Shown: positions 55,236 through 62,845 of the stretch, piece after piece | Numbering within the stretch: the first letter of the stretch is position 1 | Layout: the number at the start of each line of letters is the position of its first letter | Virus record (IMG/VR): IMGVR_UViG_3300005528_000064 | Span: 1-62,845 of that record | DNA: 62,845 bases | DNA from: a virus | Taxonomy: Duplodnaviria; Caudoviricetes | Reading direction: 5' to 3' (one strand) | Program-made: the position numbers and the translations under genes | Notes under the pieces: model-generated | The model's input: only the letters and a program-made list of their open reading frames with translations | What the model was told of the DNA's origin: nothing | Databases searched by the model: none

Positions 55236-56085
55236 GGACGTGCGCCAACTGGCTGATGCCGTGGCCACAGATGGCCGCGAGTGGCAATCGTTTTTCTTCA
55301 AAAACGCTGTGCCCAACGGCGGAACTGGGCGCTGGGTAGACGGCAGCGTGGGCTCCGGCATCCCGCTCTACAACGCCTACGTCGGCATCCCGCTGGAAGC
55401 CACGCCGTTGACGGGCGTCGGCAACCGTGGCATCTACGTCGGGCCGGACCCTGAAGCCGGTCAAGAAAAGTATTTGCACGTTATGCAGGCCGTGAGCAAC
55501 AGCGCTGGCGTGCCGGTTTACATGCTGCTGGCTGACTACCTGATGTTCTACCCGCTGATCGACGGAGACTCCACCGACCAGCAAAACATGGACAACCCGA
55601 TCAGTTTGCCAAGGTACACAACTGGCGAGGGGGTGCAGTGCATGATCGTGGTGGCGTCTCCGATGACGCAAAACGGCACGGTGAGCGTCAGCTACACCAA
55701 CTCCAACGGAGTGTCGGGGCGCACATCAAGCGCCAGTTTGCTTCTGAGCACGGTGATTGGCAGCATCGCCAACACCACCGCTGCCACGGCCGACGCCAAT
55801 GCGGTGTCGCCGTTCATTCCACTAGCCAACGGTGACCGGGGCATCCGCAGCATTGAGTCGGTCACGGTGTCCGGCTCGCCCGGTGGCCTTTTCAATGCCG
55901 TGCTGGTCAAGCCTCTGGCGCATCTGCAGCTTCGAGAGGCTTCCACAGCGGCAGAGAAGGTGATGGTGCCGAATTCGGCATCGTGCCCAAAGATCGAATC
56001 TGGTGCGTATCTGAACTGGATACTCAACAACGGGAGCGCGACGCAACCGTCGTTGCGCGGCTTACTGCAATTTGCCTGGGGATAA
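55225..56085 (+). CDS. Structural protein (paralog A)
   Basis: Shares motifs with the next ORF (LxDY/DL, LPRYT/LRYT, FxPLAxGDxG, FxWG). Confidence 0.7.
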   Translation: MSFRDVRQLADAVATDGREWQSFFFKNAVPNGGTGRWVDGSVGSGIPLYNAYVGIPLEATPLTGVGNRGIYVGPDPEAGQEKYLHVMQAVSNSAGVPVYMLLADYLMFYPLIDGDSTDQQNMDNPISLPRYTTGEGVQCMIVVASPMTQNGTVSVSYTNSNGVSGRTSSASLLLSTVIGSIANTTAATADANAVSPFIPLANGDRGIRSIESVTVSGSPGGLFNAVLVKPLAHLQLREASTAAEKVMVPNSASCPKIESGAYLNWILNNGSATQPSLRGLLQFAWG

Positions 56086-56087
56086 CC

Positions 56088-56969
56088 ATGCCTTTCTCAT
56101 CAATGGACGATCTCATCAACGAGATCACAAGCGGTAAGTTCATCCGCGCCGACTGGAACAAGATCACGGGTAGCGGCACCCTTACGGCGGGGCGCTGGTA
56201 TGACTTCAGCGGCTTGGCTGGCACCCCGGTGGCGAACGCCTGGGCTGGTACTGCGCTGGCCTGGAGGTCGTGCGACGAAACGACGGGCAACGGCACGCAG
56301 ATATTCGGCCTGCCGCACGGTGGCAACGTCTCGCCTGACACCAAGCATGCGTTGAACGTGTCAGCCGTTACCGCCGTGGCTACGGGCGTGCCTGGACAGC
56401 TCATGTTGGTGGACTTGCAAGGGTACTGGCCCGGTATCAGCAACAACACGGCCTCACCTCAAACACTTACCGGCACACCCACGTTGCGGTACACCAACGG
56501 CGCAGGATGTCGCTTGTTCTGGGTGCAGACAACAGGAAACGGCGCGACGGCGCAGAACATCTCTGTCAGTTATTCCAACACGGTGCCAACTTCGGGCAGG
56601 TCGTTGCCGGTGACGGTGGCGATGACGGCGAGTTCGCCCATCACGAGTTTCATCGGCCACTCGGGTACGGCGGCGAACAACTACGGGCCGTTCCTGCCTT
56701 TGGCCTCGGGCGATACTGGCGTGTCCAACGTCGCCACGGTGACCTTCAGCGCGGCCAACACCGGCTCGGGTGCTTTGTGCCTTGCCCGCCCGTTGTTGAC
56801 GCTGCCGCTGACCACGGTGTCCGTCGCTGCCGAGCGCGATCTGCTCAACCAACTGCCGAGCCTGCCCCGCATCATGGACGGCGCCTGCCTCACGTGGCTG
56901 TACTTCGCGGGCGCGGCGACGGCTGGCAATACCAACTTCTACGGCGCGGCTGAGTTCGGCTGGGGCTGA
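56088..56969 (+). CDS. Structural protein (paralog B)
   Basis: Start MPFSSMDD; ends FGWG. Confidence 0.7.
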   Translation: MPFSSMDDLINEITSGKFIRADWNKITGSGTLTAGRWYDFSGLAGTPVANAWAGTALAWRSCDETTGNGTQIFGLPHGGNVSPDTKHALNVSAVTAVATGVPGQLMLVDLQGYWPGISNNTASPQTLTGTPTLRYTNGAGCRLFWVQTTGNGATAQNISVSYSNTVPTSGRSLPVTVAMTASSPITSFIGHSGTAANNYGPFLPLASGDTGVSNVATVTFSAANTGSGALCLARPLLTLPLTTVSVAAERDLLNQLPSLPRIMDGACLTWLYFAGAATAGNTNFYGAAEFGWG

Positions 56970-56982
56970 TCGGCTGGGGCTG

Positions 56983-57747
56983 ATGGCACTCAAGCAGAAC
57001 ACCACGCTCTTGGCGCAGCTTCCCCTGCGCCAGATCGGCGGCGACCCCGGCACGCTGCGTTCCATGTGGGGGCGTGGTGACCGGATGAACCAGTCGGTGG
57101 GCGAGGGCATTACGTCCAAGCTGGCGGGCATCCCCAGCGGGCACCTCGCGCCATCGTCATGGGTGCTGCCCTACAAGCCGGGGGCGATGTCAGCGTTTAC
57201 GTTTGTCGGTGCAACGGTAGATGTAAACCCGCTTGCTGTGTCCGCAGGCAAAAACGCCGTTGGCAGTACTGACATCACGTTCACGGTTGGGCCTTCCCAG
57301 TTAAATCTGGTTGTCTCTGCGGTTGGTAACGCAGCCATCACGTTCACGCTGACGGGCCTGCTGCAGTCTGTCGCCCCTGCTTCGGGCAATGCGGATATCA
57401 ACTTCACGGTTGGCCCTGCAACGCTAGGTGCGTTGGCGGGTGTTTTTGGCAATGTCACAGTCACGATTGCGGCAGACGGCACCATCCGAGCGATTGGCAA
57501 CCTAGAAGGCGCGATCACACCGTACACTGAACTCAGCCCGCAAAATTTGGCGGCAGCGGTGTGGCAAGCTATTGCAGCGGACTACAACGATACTGGCACG
57601 ATGGGCAACAAGTTGAACCTTGCTTCGTCAGGCGGGATAGACTACGATACGCTTGCGCAAGCTGTGTGGACCTATGTGAGCCGCACGCTAACCTCGGGCA
57701 GCAACGACTGCCTGACTCTCCCCCAGTTCCTGGCTCTGAAGGACTGA
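56983..57747 (+). CDS. Structural protein
   Basis: Beta repeats; LAAAVW/LAQAVW motifs. Confidence 0.65.
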   Translation: MALKQNTTLLAQLPLRQIGGDPGTLRSMWGRGDRMNQSVGEGITSKLAGIPSGHLAPSSWVLPYKPGAMSAFTFVGATVDVNPLAVSAGKNAVGSTDITFTVGPSQLNLVVSAVGNAAITFTLTGLLQSVAPASGNADINFTVGPATLGALAGVFGNVTVTIAADGTIRAIGNLEGAITPYTELSPQNLAAAVWQAIAADYNDTGTMGNKLNLASSGGIDYDTLAQAVWTYVSRTLTSGSNDCLTLPQFLALKD

Positions 57748-58004
57748 TGATGGCTAAGACCCCGGCGTGGCAGCGCAAGGAAGGTAAATCCGAGGCTGGT
57801 GGCCTCAACGCCAAAGGGCGGGCTTCCTACAACCGTGCCAACCCTGGCAAGCCTGGACTCAAAGCCCCTCAGCCCGAAGGTGGTTCGCGCCGTGATTCAT
57901 TCTGTGCCCGCATGAAAGGCATGAAGAATAAGCTCACCAGCGAGAAGACGGCTAAAGATCCCAATTCTCGTATCAATAAGTCTTTGCGCGCATGGGACTG
58001 CTGA
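57747..58004 (+). CDS. Conserved basic phage protein (DUF6321-like)
   Basis: PAWQRKEGK...RRDSFCARM...SRINKSLRAWDC. Confidence 0.7.
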   Translation: MMAKTPAWQRKEGKSEAGGLNAKGRASYNRANPGKPGLKAPQPEGGSRRDSFCARMKGMKNKLTSEKTAKDPNSRINKSLRAWDC

Positions 58005-58005
58005 A

Positions 58006-58251
58006 ATGGAAGGCGTAGCTATCTGGAACCTGCTCCTGACCGTATTGTTGGGGGTGATCGGCTTTTTCATGGCGTCCAAGTTCAAAGAGCTTGACCGGCT
58101 CAGTGTGCTGCTTAACCGCACTCGGGAAGAGGTAGCCCGAGACCACATTACGCGGGCAGAGTTCCGGCAGGACATGAAGCAGTTGATAGAGCGACTGGAC
58201 AACCTCAGCATTAAACTGGACACGCTACGAGAGCGCAGGGTGAATTCATAA
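58006..58251 (+). CDS. Membrane-anchored coiled-coil protein
   Basis: N-terminal TM; LLNRTREE. Confidence 0.65.
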   Translation: MEGVAIWNLLLTVLLGVIGFFMASKFKELDRLSVLLNRTREEVARDHITRAEFRQDMKQLIERLDNLSIKLDTLRERRVNS

Positions 58252-58598
58252 TGCCAGTCCAGTCTGAAAAGCAGCGCAGGTTTATGTATGCTTCACTTGC
58301 AGGCAAGACTGACGTCCCGCCGAGCGTAGCGAAGAAGTTTGTTGGTCCCAAAGCCCATGCCGAAGGAGGCAGTATGAAAGAGTCCAAGGAAATGATGAAC
58401 AAGGAAGTGGCCTTCATGAAGAAGAAGGGCGCTCCGAAGTCAATGCTCAAGCACGAGATGAAGGAAGCCAAGGGCTACGCCAAGGGCGGTGGTATTGAGT
58501 CCAAGGGCAAGACCAAGAGCGCAATGGTCAAGATGGCCAAGGGCGGAGCCATTGACGGTTGCGCTATGCGTGGTAAGACCAAAGGCAAGTACATCTAA
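58251..58598 (+). CDS. Small basic xxxGG-motif protein
   Basis: HAEGG, YAKGG, MAKGG, DGCAMRGKTKG. Confidence 0.7.
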   Translation: MPVQSEKQRRFMYASLAGKTDVPPSVAKKFVGPKAHAEGGSMKESKEMMNKEVAFMKKKGAPKSMLKHEMKEAKGYAKGGGIESKGKTKSAMVKMAKGGAIDGCAMRGKTKGKYI

Positions 58599-58828
58599 TG
58601 CTCGCCAGTCGTGGCATGGGCGCTATCCGCAAGGGTGTGGTAAAGAAGCGCCGTGACAACACAAACTTTACCGAGTACGCAGAAGGCGGAGAAGTCGGTC
58701 TGTACGCCAACATTAACGCCAAGCGCAAGCGGATTGCCGCTGGATCGGGTGAAACCATGCGCAAGCCGGGTTCTCCCGGCGCTCCTACTGCCAAAGCCTT
58801 CAAGCGTTCTGCGCTGACTGCGAAGTAA
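58598..58828 (+). CDS. Small basic protein
   Basis: SRGMGAI, YAEGG, GLYANINAKRKRI. Confidence 0.7.
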   Translation: MLASRGMGAIRKGVVKKRRDNTNFTEYAEGGEVGLYANINAKRKRIAAGSGETMRKPGSPGAPTAKAFKRSALTAK

Positions 58829-58831
58829 GCT

Positions 58832-59527
58832 ATGTCTACATCCGGCACCGCTACGTTTAATCTTGACCTCAATGAAGTGGTCGAAGAATCCTTTGAGCGT
58901 TGCGGTGCTGAGTTGCGTACTGGTTACGACCTTCGTACAGCACGTCGGTCGTTAAATTTGTTGCTGACGGACTGGGCAAACCGGGGGGTGAACCTGTGGA
59001 CTGTGGAACAAGGACAACAAGTTCTAACACACGGCACAAACACGTACACACTTCCCGCTGACACGGTAGACCTGATTGAGCATGTCATTCGCACGGGCGC
59101 GGGGAATGTCTCCACGCAGACTGATCTGACAATCACGCGCATCAGTGTTTCTACATACTCGTCCATTCCGAACAAGCTCCAATCTGCAAGGCCGATCCAA
59201 ATTTGGATTAATCGACAAGCAGAAGCGCCGCAGTTTACGGTGTGGCCTACGCCTGACAATTCTCAGACATACACGCTGGTGTACTGGCGTTTGCGTAGGA
59301 TTCAGGATGCGGGCGCAGGAGGAACATACACACAAGATATCCCGTTCCGTTTCCTAAACGCGCTGGTAGCAGGGCTGGCTTACTACCTGTCCATGAAGAT
59401 TCCTGGTGCTATGGAGCGAATGCAGGTATTGAAGGCTCAATATGATGAAGCCTGGGACCTTGCTTCAACGGAAGACCGTGAGAAGGCCGCTATTCGGCTT
59501 GTCCCAAGACAAATGTTCATAGGATAA
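58832..59527 (+). CDS. Head-tail connector/adaptor-like protein
   Basis: TARRSLNLLL..WANRG, VWPTPD, GLAYYLS. Confidence 0.7.
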   Translation: MSTSGTATFNLDLNEVVEESFERCGAELRTGYDLRTARRSLNLLLTDWANRGVNLWTVEQGQQVLTHGTNTYTLPADTVDLIEHVIRTGAGNVSTQTDLTITRISVSTYSSIPNKLQSARPIQIWINRQAEAPQFTVWPTPDNSQTYTLVYWRLRRIQDAGAGGTYTQDIPFRFLNALVAGLAYYLSMKIPGAMERMQVLKAQYDEAWDLASTEDREKAAIRLVPRQMFIG

Positions 59528-59530
59528 GCC

Positions 59531-59896
59531 ATGCCGTACCGCAAGAAGCATTTTCTGGAGATGTCTGACCGAGAGCGTGAGTCTCGGCGTGCGGCGGACA
59601 TGAACCGCAATGGGCGGGATGCTATTGACGGGTACTACCCTGAAGTTGGCATGCTGTTACCGATTAGCAGAACTCCAAACATCCTGCGGGCGGGCGGGCC
59701 TGTTAGGATGGTGAAGCCTGACCGAGGAGTCAGTGAAGCCAAAGAAGCGGCCAACAAGATCAAGTACGACACCTTGCTGCGACAAATTGTGCAGGAAAAG
59801 CCCGAAGAAGAAAAAGAGTACAAGAAGGGTGGAGTTGTAAAAATTCGTGGCAGTGGGTGTGAGAAACGAGGCAAGACGCGGGGTAAGTTTGTATGA
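59531..59896 (+). CDS. Small basic xxxGG-motif protein
   Basis: YKKGG...RGSGCEKRGKTRGKFV. Confidence 0.65.
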   Translation: MPYRKKHFLEMSDRERESRRAADMNRNGRDAIDGYYPEVGMLLPISRTPNILRAGGPVRMVKPDRGVSEAKEAANKIKYDTLLRQIVQEKPEEEKEYKKGGVVKIRGSGCEKRGKTRGKFV

Positions 59897-60285
59897 GCAA
59901 CCGCTTTGCAAACGGCGCAAAGGCATTTGGCTACTGCGATCTTTGCTCTTTTAGATTTCCGCTAAAGAAGCTCAAGAATCTTGTAGTCAAGACAAAGCAA
60001 ACTGAGATTAAAGCCTGTCCTGCTTGCTGGGTTCCAGATCAACCTCAGCTTCAGCTTGGCATGTATCCCGTTTCGGACCCCCAGGCTATCCGCAATCCTC
60101 GGCCTGACACGAACACTTGGTACTCATCTGGCGTGACTGCTACGGGCTCGTTTGGTGGTGGTAGCAGGGTGATTGAGTGGGGCTGGAATCCAGTTGGAGG
60201 TTCTAGAAGTTTTGATGCCGCCTTGACGCCAAATGCCTTGGCACCAAGGGGTTTAGTCGGTACAGTAAACGTATCCGTTTCCTAA
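59893..60285 (+). CDS. Hypothetical Zn-finger-like protein
   Basis: CDLC...CPACW..DQPQ...DPQAIRNPRPD. Confidence 0.7.
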   Translation: MSNRFANGAKAFGYCDLCSFRFPLKKLKNLVVKTKQTEIKACPACWVPDQPQLQLGMYPVSDPQAIRNPRPDTNTWYSSGVTATGSFGGGSRVIEWGWNPVGGSRSFDAALTPNALAPRGLVGTVNVSVS

Positions 60286-60291
60286 GGAGCG

Positions 60292-60447
60292 ATGATGAAA
60301 ATGACGCCTCAAAAGGCCGTGGCAAAGCATGAAAAGCGCATGCACCCCGGCAAGACGCCTTCCTTCAAGAAGGGCGGTCCTACCACTGAGGACCGTATGA
60401 AGATGGGCAAAAATATGTCCCGCGTGATGAACCAGAAGACGGGGTGA
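60292..60447 (+). CDS. Small basic protein (51 aa, not in ORF track)
   Basis: TAAGGAG RBS; KHEKRMHPGK..FKKGG. Confidence 0.65.
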   Translation: MMKMTPQKAVAKHEKRMHPGKTPSFKKGGPTTEDRMKMGKNMSRVMNQKTG

Positions 60448-60450
60448 AAC

Positions 60451-60642
60451 ATGGGCAAGATCAAGCAACTTCCTCCTGCCAAGTCGGAATATCCTCAAGG
60501 CCCGGTCAACCCGCGTGACCTGTGCATGGTGCTGGGCAACATTTCCAAGGAGTCCGCTCCGGGGCCAAAGACCACGGGTATTAAGCAACGTGGGTCCGGT
60601 GCAGCTACTCGCGGGTTCATGTCCCGCGGGCCGATGGCGTAA
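60451..60642 (+). CDS. Small basic protein
   Basis: KTTGIKQRGSGAATRG...GPMA. Confidence 0.65.
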   Translation: MGKIKQLPPAKSEYPQGPVNPRDLCMVLGNISKESAPGPKTTGIKQRGSGAATRGFMSRGPMA

Positions 60643-60672
60643 TTTGGAAAAATTTGGCGGGAAGCCCAAAAA

Positions 60673-61323
60673 GTGAATTACACCGAGTTGCGTACTGCCG
60701 TTCAAAATGCGTGCGAGAACACGTTTTCTGACACAGACTTTAAAAACCTGGTTCAGCTAAGCGAACAACGTATCTACAACTCTGTACAGCTTCCTGCACT
60801 GCGCAAGAACGTCACGGGCACGCTGACCAACGGGAATCAGTACCTCTCGGCTCCTACAGATTTCCTGTCTGTGTTCAGCCTTGCGGTCATTGATGGGTCT
60901 GGAAACTACGAGTATCTTTTAAACAAGGATGTGAACTTCATCCGCTCGGCGTTCCCGAACCCCAGCACGACCGGAACTCCAAAGTACTACGCCCTGTTTG
61001 GCCCTGACTCGTCAAATTTAACGGAGTTGACCTTCATCCTCGGTCCTACTCCTTCTGCTGGGTTGACGGCAGAACTGCACTACTTCTACTACCCGGTGAG
61101 CATCGTGACTGCGGGTACGTCTTGGCTGGGTGACAACTTTGACTCCGCGCTGTTCAACGCGGTGATGGTCGAAGCGGCTCGATTCATGAAGCAAGAGCAA
61201 GACATCGTGCAGATGATGGACAAGGAATACGCCCAGTCGCTGGTTCTGCTGAAGAACCTTGGCGATGGCAAGCAGCGACAGGATGCGTATCGCAGCGGCC
61301 AAGTCAGAACAAAGGTGGTCTAA
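60673..61323 (+). CDS. Tail adaptor/tubular protein
   Basis: MNYTEL..A, SEQRI, GTPKYYA, LGPTP, SWLGDN. Confidence 0.7.
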   Translation: MNYTELRTAVQNACENTFSDTDFKNLVQLSEQRIYNSVQLPALRKNVTGTLTNGNQYLSAPTDFLSVFSLAVIDGSGNYEYLLNKDVNFIRSAFPNPSTTGTPKYYALFGPDSSNLTELTFILGPTPSAGLTAELHYFYYPVSIVTAGTSWLGDNFDSALFNAVMVEAARFMKQEQDIVQMMDKEYAQSLVLLKNLGDGKQRQDAYRSGQVRTKVV

Positions 61324-61737
61324 ATGGCCCTGGTGCAGACGATGTGTTCTTCGTTCAAGCGGGAGTCATGGCTGGCTATCCACGACTTGGACACTGATGT
61401 GTTGAAGATGGCGCTCTATATGAGCGATGCCTCCCTTGGCGCGGACACTACGGTCTACACGGTCACAGGTGAAGTTGTGGGTACAGGCTACACCGCAGGC
61501 GGTGAAGTGCTTGTGAATGTTCAGGTGTTGCTCTCTGGCACAACGGCCTACGTCACGTTTGACAACCCTGCATGGGCTGGCGCAGGCTTTACGGCCCGTG
61601 GTGCGCTGATCTACAACACATCCAAAGCCAACCGCGCTATTGCCGTGCTAGATTTTGGCTCGGACAAAACAGCCAACCCTTTCATTGTGCAACTGCCAGC
61701 ACCTTCAGCCACCACGGCGCTTCTTCGGTTTAGTTAA
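61324..61737 (+). CDS. Structural protein
   Basis: SFKRE, KMALY, GYTAGG, ARGALIYN, VLDFGSDKT. Confidence 0.7.
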   Translation: MALVQTMCSSFKRESWLAIHDLDTDVLKMALYMSDASLGADTTVYTVTGEVVGTGYTAGGEVLVNVQVLLSGTTAYVTFDNPAWAGAGFTARGALIYNTSKANRAIAVLDFGSDKTANPFIVQLPAPSATTALLRFS

Positions 61738-61746
61738 GGAACGACC

Positions 61747-62328
61747 ATGTCCAACGAAAACGCAAAGTCCCAAGACCTTGTGGCAAGTGCCCTGTCTACC
61801 GCCAAACGCGCTACGGATGCCGCCAAGGCTGGCGGTGTATACCGCATGGAGTGCGTCGGCGCTGACGGTCAAGTCAAGTGGGTTGCCGAATGCCCGAACC
61901 TTGTGGTGAACGTCGGCCTGCAAGACATGAACGCCAAGTACTTCAGTGGCAGTGCTTACACCGCTACGTGGTTCATTGGCCTGTATGGCGCAGGCGCGTC
62001 GAACACGCCTGCTGCAGGCGATACCGCTGCTTCCCACGCGGGCTGGACTGAGGTGGTCCCTTACAGCAACGCCACTCGCCCCACGGCGACCTTTGGCACG
62101 GCAACCACGGCAGACCCCTCAGTCATCAGCAACTCCGCATCTCCTGCGGCGTTTACCATCAACGCTACGGCCACGGTTGGTGGGGCTTTCCTGATCAGCA
62201 ACAGCACGAAGAGCGGCACCACGGGGATTTTGTTCTCGGCGTCGGACTTCCAGTCTCCAGGGGACCGTGCAGTGGTTTCTGGTGACACACTGAACGTCAC
62301 GTACACGTTCAACCTCGATGCTGTTTAA
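61747..62328 (+). CDS. Structural protein (tail-associated)
   Basis: NLVVNVG, WFIGL, SGDTLNVTYT. Confidence 0.7.
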   Translation: MSNENAKSQDLVASALSTAKRATDAAKAGGVYRMECVGADGQVKWVAECPNLVVNVGLQDMNAKYFSGSAYTATWFIGLYGAGASNTPAAGDTAASHAGWTEVVPYSNATRPTATFGTATTADPSVISNSASPAAFTINATATVGGAFLISNSTKSGTTGILFSASDFQSPGDRAVVSGDTLNVTYTFNLDAV

Positions 62329-62338
62329 GGAGTAGAAC

Positions 62339-62518
62339 ATGGCTTTCAAAAAAGGTGACGTTGTAGCGCTCAAGGCGGTTGTGCCCACGGGGCCGATCCT
62401 GTCGATGCGCATGAACGAAGACGGTGAGGTTTCCTGCCTCGTTGAGTGGCAAGATCTGGAAGGCGATACCCAGCAGCGTTGGTTCAAGGCCGACGAATTG
62501 CAAGCGGTGGAGTCCTGA
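62339..62518 (+). CDS. Small DUF2158/YodC-like protein (59 aa, not in ORF track)
   Basis: MAFKKGDVV.LK...CLVEW...RWF...EL. Confidence 0.6.
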   Translation: MAFKKGDVVALKAVVPTGPILSMRMNEDGEVSCLVEWQDLEGDTQQRWFKADELQAVES

Positions 62519-62521
62519 TGA

Positions 62522-62845
62522 ATGTCCAATGGGGGCTGGGGCTCTGGCTCCTGGGGGCAGGTTGGCTGGGGACTGTCGGTATTTGATACCGCCGTTTCCG
62601 AGACTGCCAACGCCTCTGATACCGTCTCAAGAACAGGGACGTTAAATTCAGCAGTTTCTGAGACTGCTACTGCCACTGACACGATCAGTTCGCTACGCAC
62701 ATTACCTGCCGCAGTCTCAGAAACAGCCACTGCACTAGACACGGTTAGTGCGACAGAGACGCTACCTGCGGCGGTCTCTGAGTCTTCTACAGCCGCCGAT
62801 ACGGCCAACACCCAACAAGTCTTCGACGCACAGATTGGTGCGGCG
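62522..62845 (+). CDS. 5' part of the repetitive structural protein (runs off the window end)
   Basis: MSNGGWGSGSWGQVGWG then AVSETA repeats; no stop before the end. Confidence 0.75.
   Translation, partial: MSNGGWGSGSWGQVGWGLSVFDTAVSETANASDTVSRTGTLNSAVSETATATDTISSLRTLPAAVSETATALDTVSATETLPAAVSESSTAADTANTQQVFDAQIGAA

Noticed and set aside
1-62845. tRNA genes, integrase, CI repressor, DNA polymerase, terminal repeats, alternative genetic code
   Set aside because: None recognised by eye; genes end normally at TAA, TAG and TGA. tRNAscan-SE and HMM searches would be needed to exclude divergent cases.

Overview
The window is a nearly complete ~63 kb dsDNA tailed-phage genome (Caudoviricetes). Its architecture is podovirus-like: P22-type portal, large putative ejection proteins and no tape measure gene. 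The window is cut inside a repetitive structural gene that starts at 62522 and resumes at base 2. Layout: (+) 42.1-62.8 kb and 1-19.0 kb carry packaging, head, tail, lysis and ejection genes; (-) 19.0-29.8 kb carry recombination genes and small accessory ORFs; (+) 29.9-35.1 kb carry a small cassette array, a ParB-like protein, a helicase, a primase and an HNH nuclease; (-) 35.1-41.9 kb carry an HNH nuclease, a RepL-like protein, an alpha-CTD mimic and an early region of tiny genes. I recognised no integrase, CI repressor, DNA polymerase, tRNA or CRISPR array. CTGT-N8-ACAG LexA boxes point to a beta/gammaproteobacterial host (inference). Most notable signals: (1) host-type SOS boxes plus a protease-less LexA DNA-binding-domain gene, two RepL-like genes, a 19-bp palindromic iteron array and palindrome+IHF elements, together suggesting an SOS-switched phage-plasmid; (2) single-gene cassettes separated by an identical 14-bp junction resembling collapsed integron attC ends; (3) a candidate anti-Shine-Dalgarno sRNA complementary to the RBS of several leftward genes; (4) a [FYM]-x-x-GG motif shared by many virion proteins, alongside a GPGTGTSDSIPA-domain protein. 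All annotations come from reading the sequence by eye; no database searches were run.
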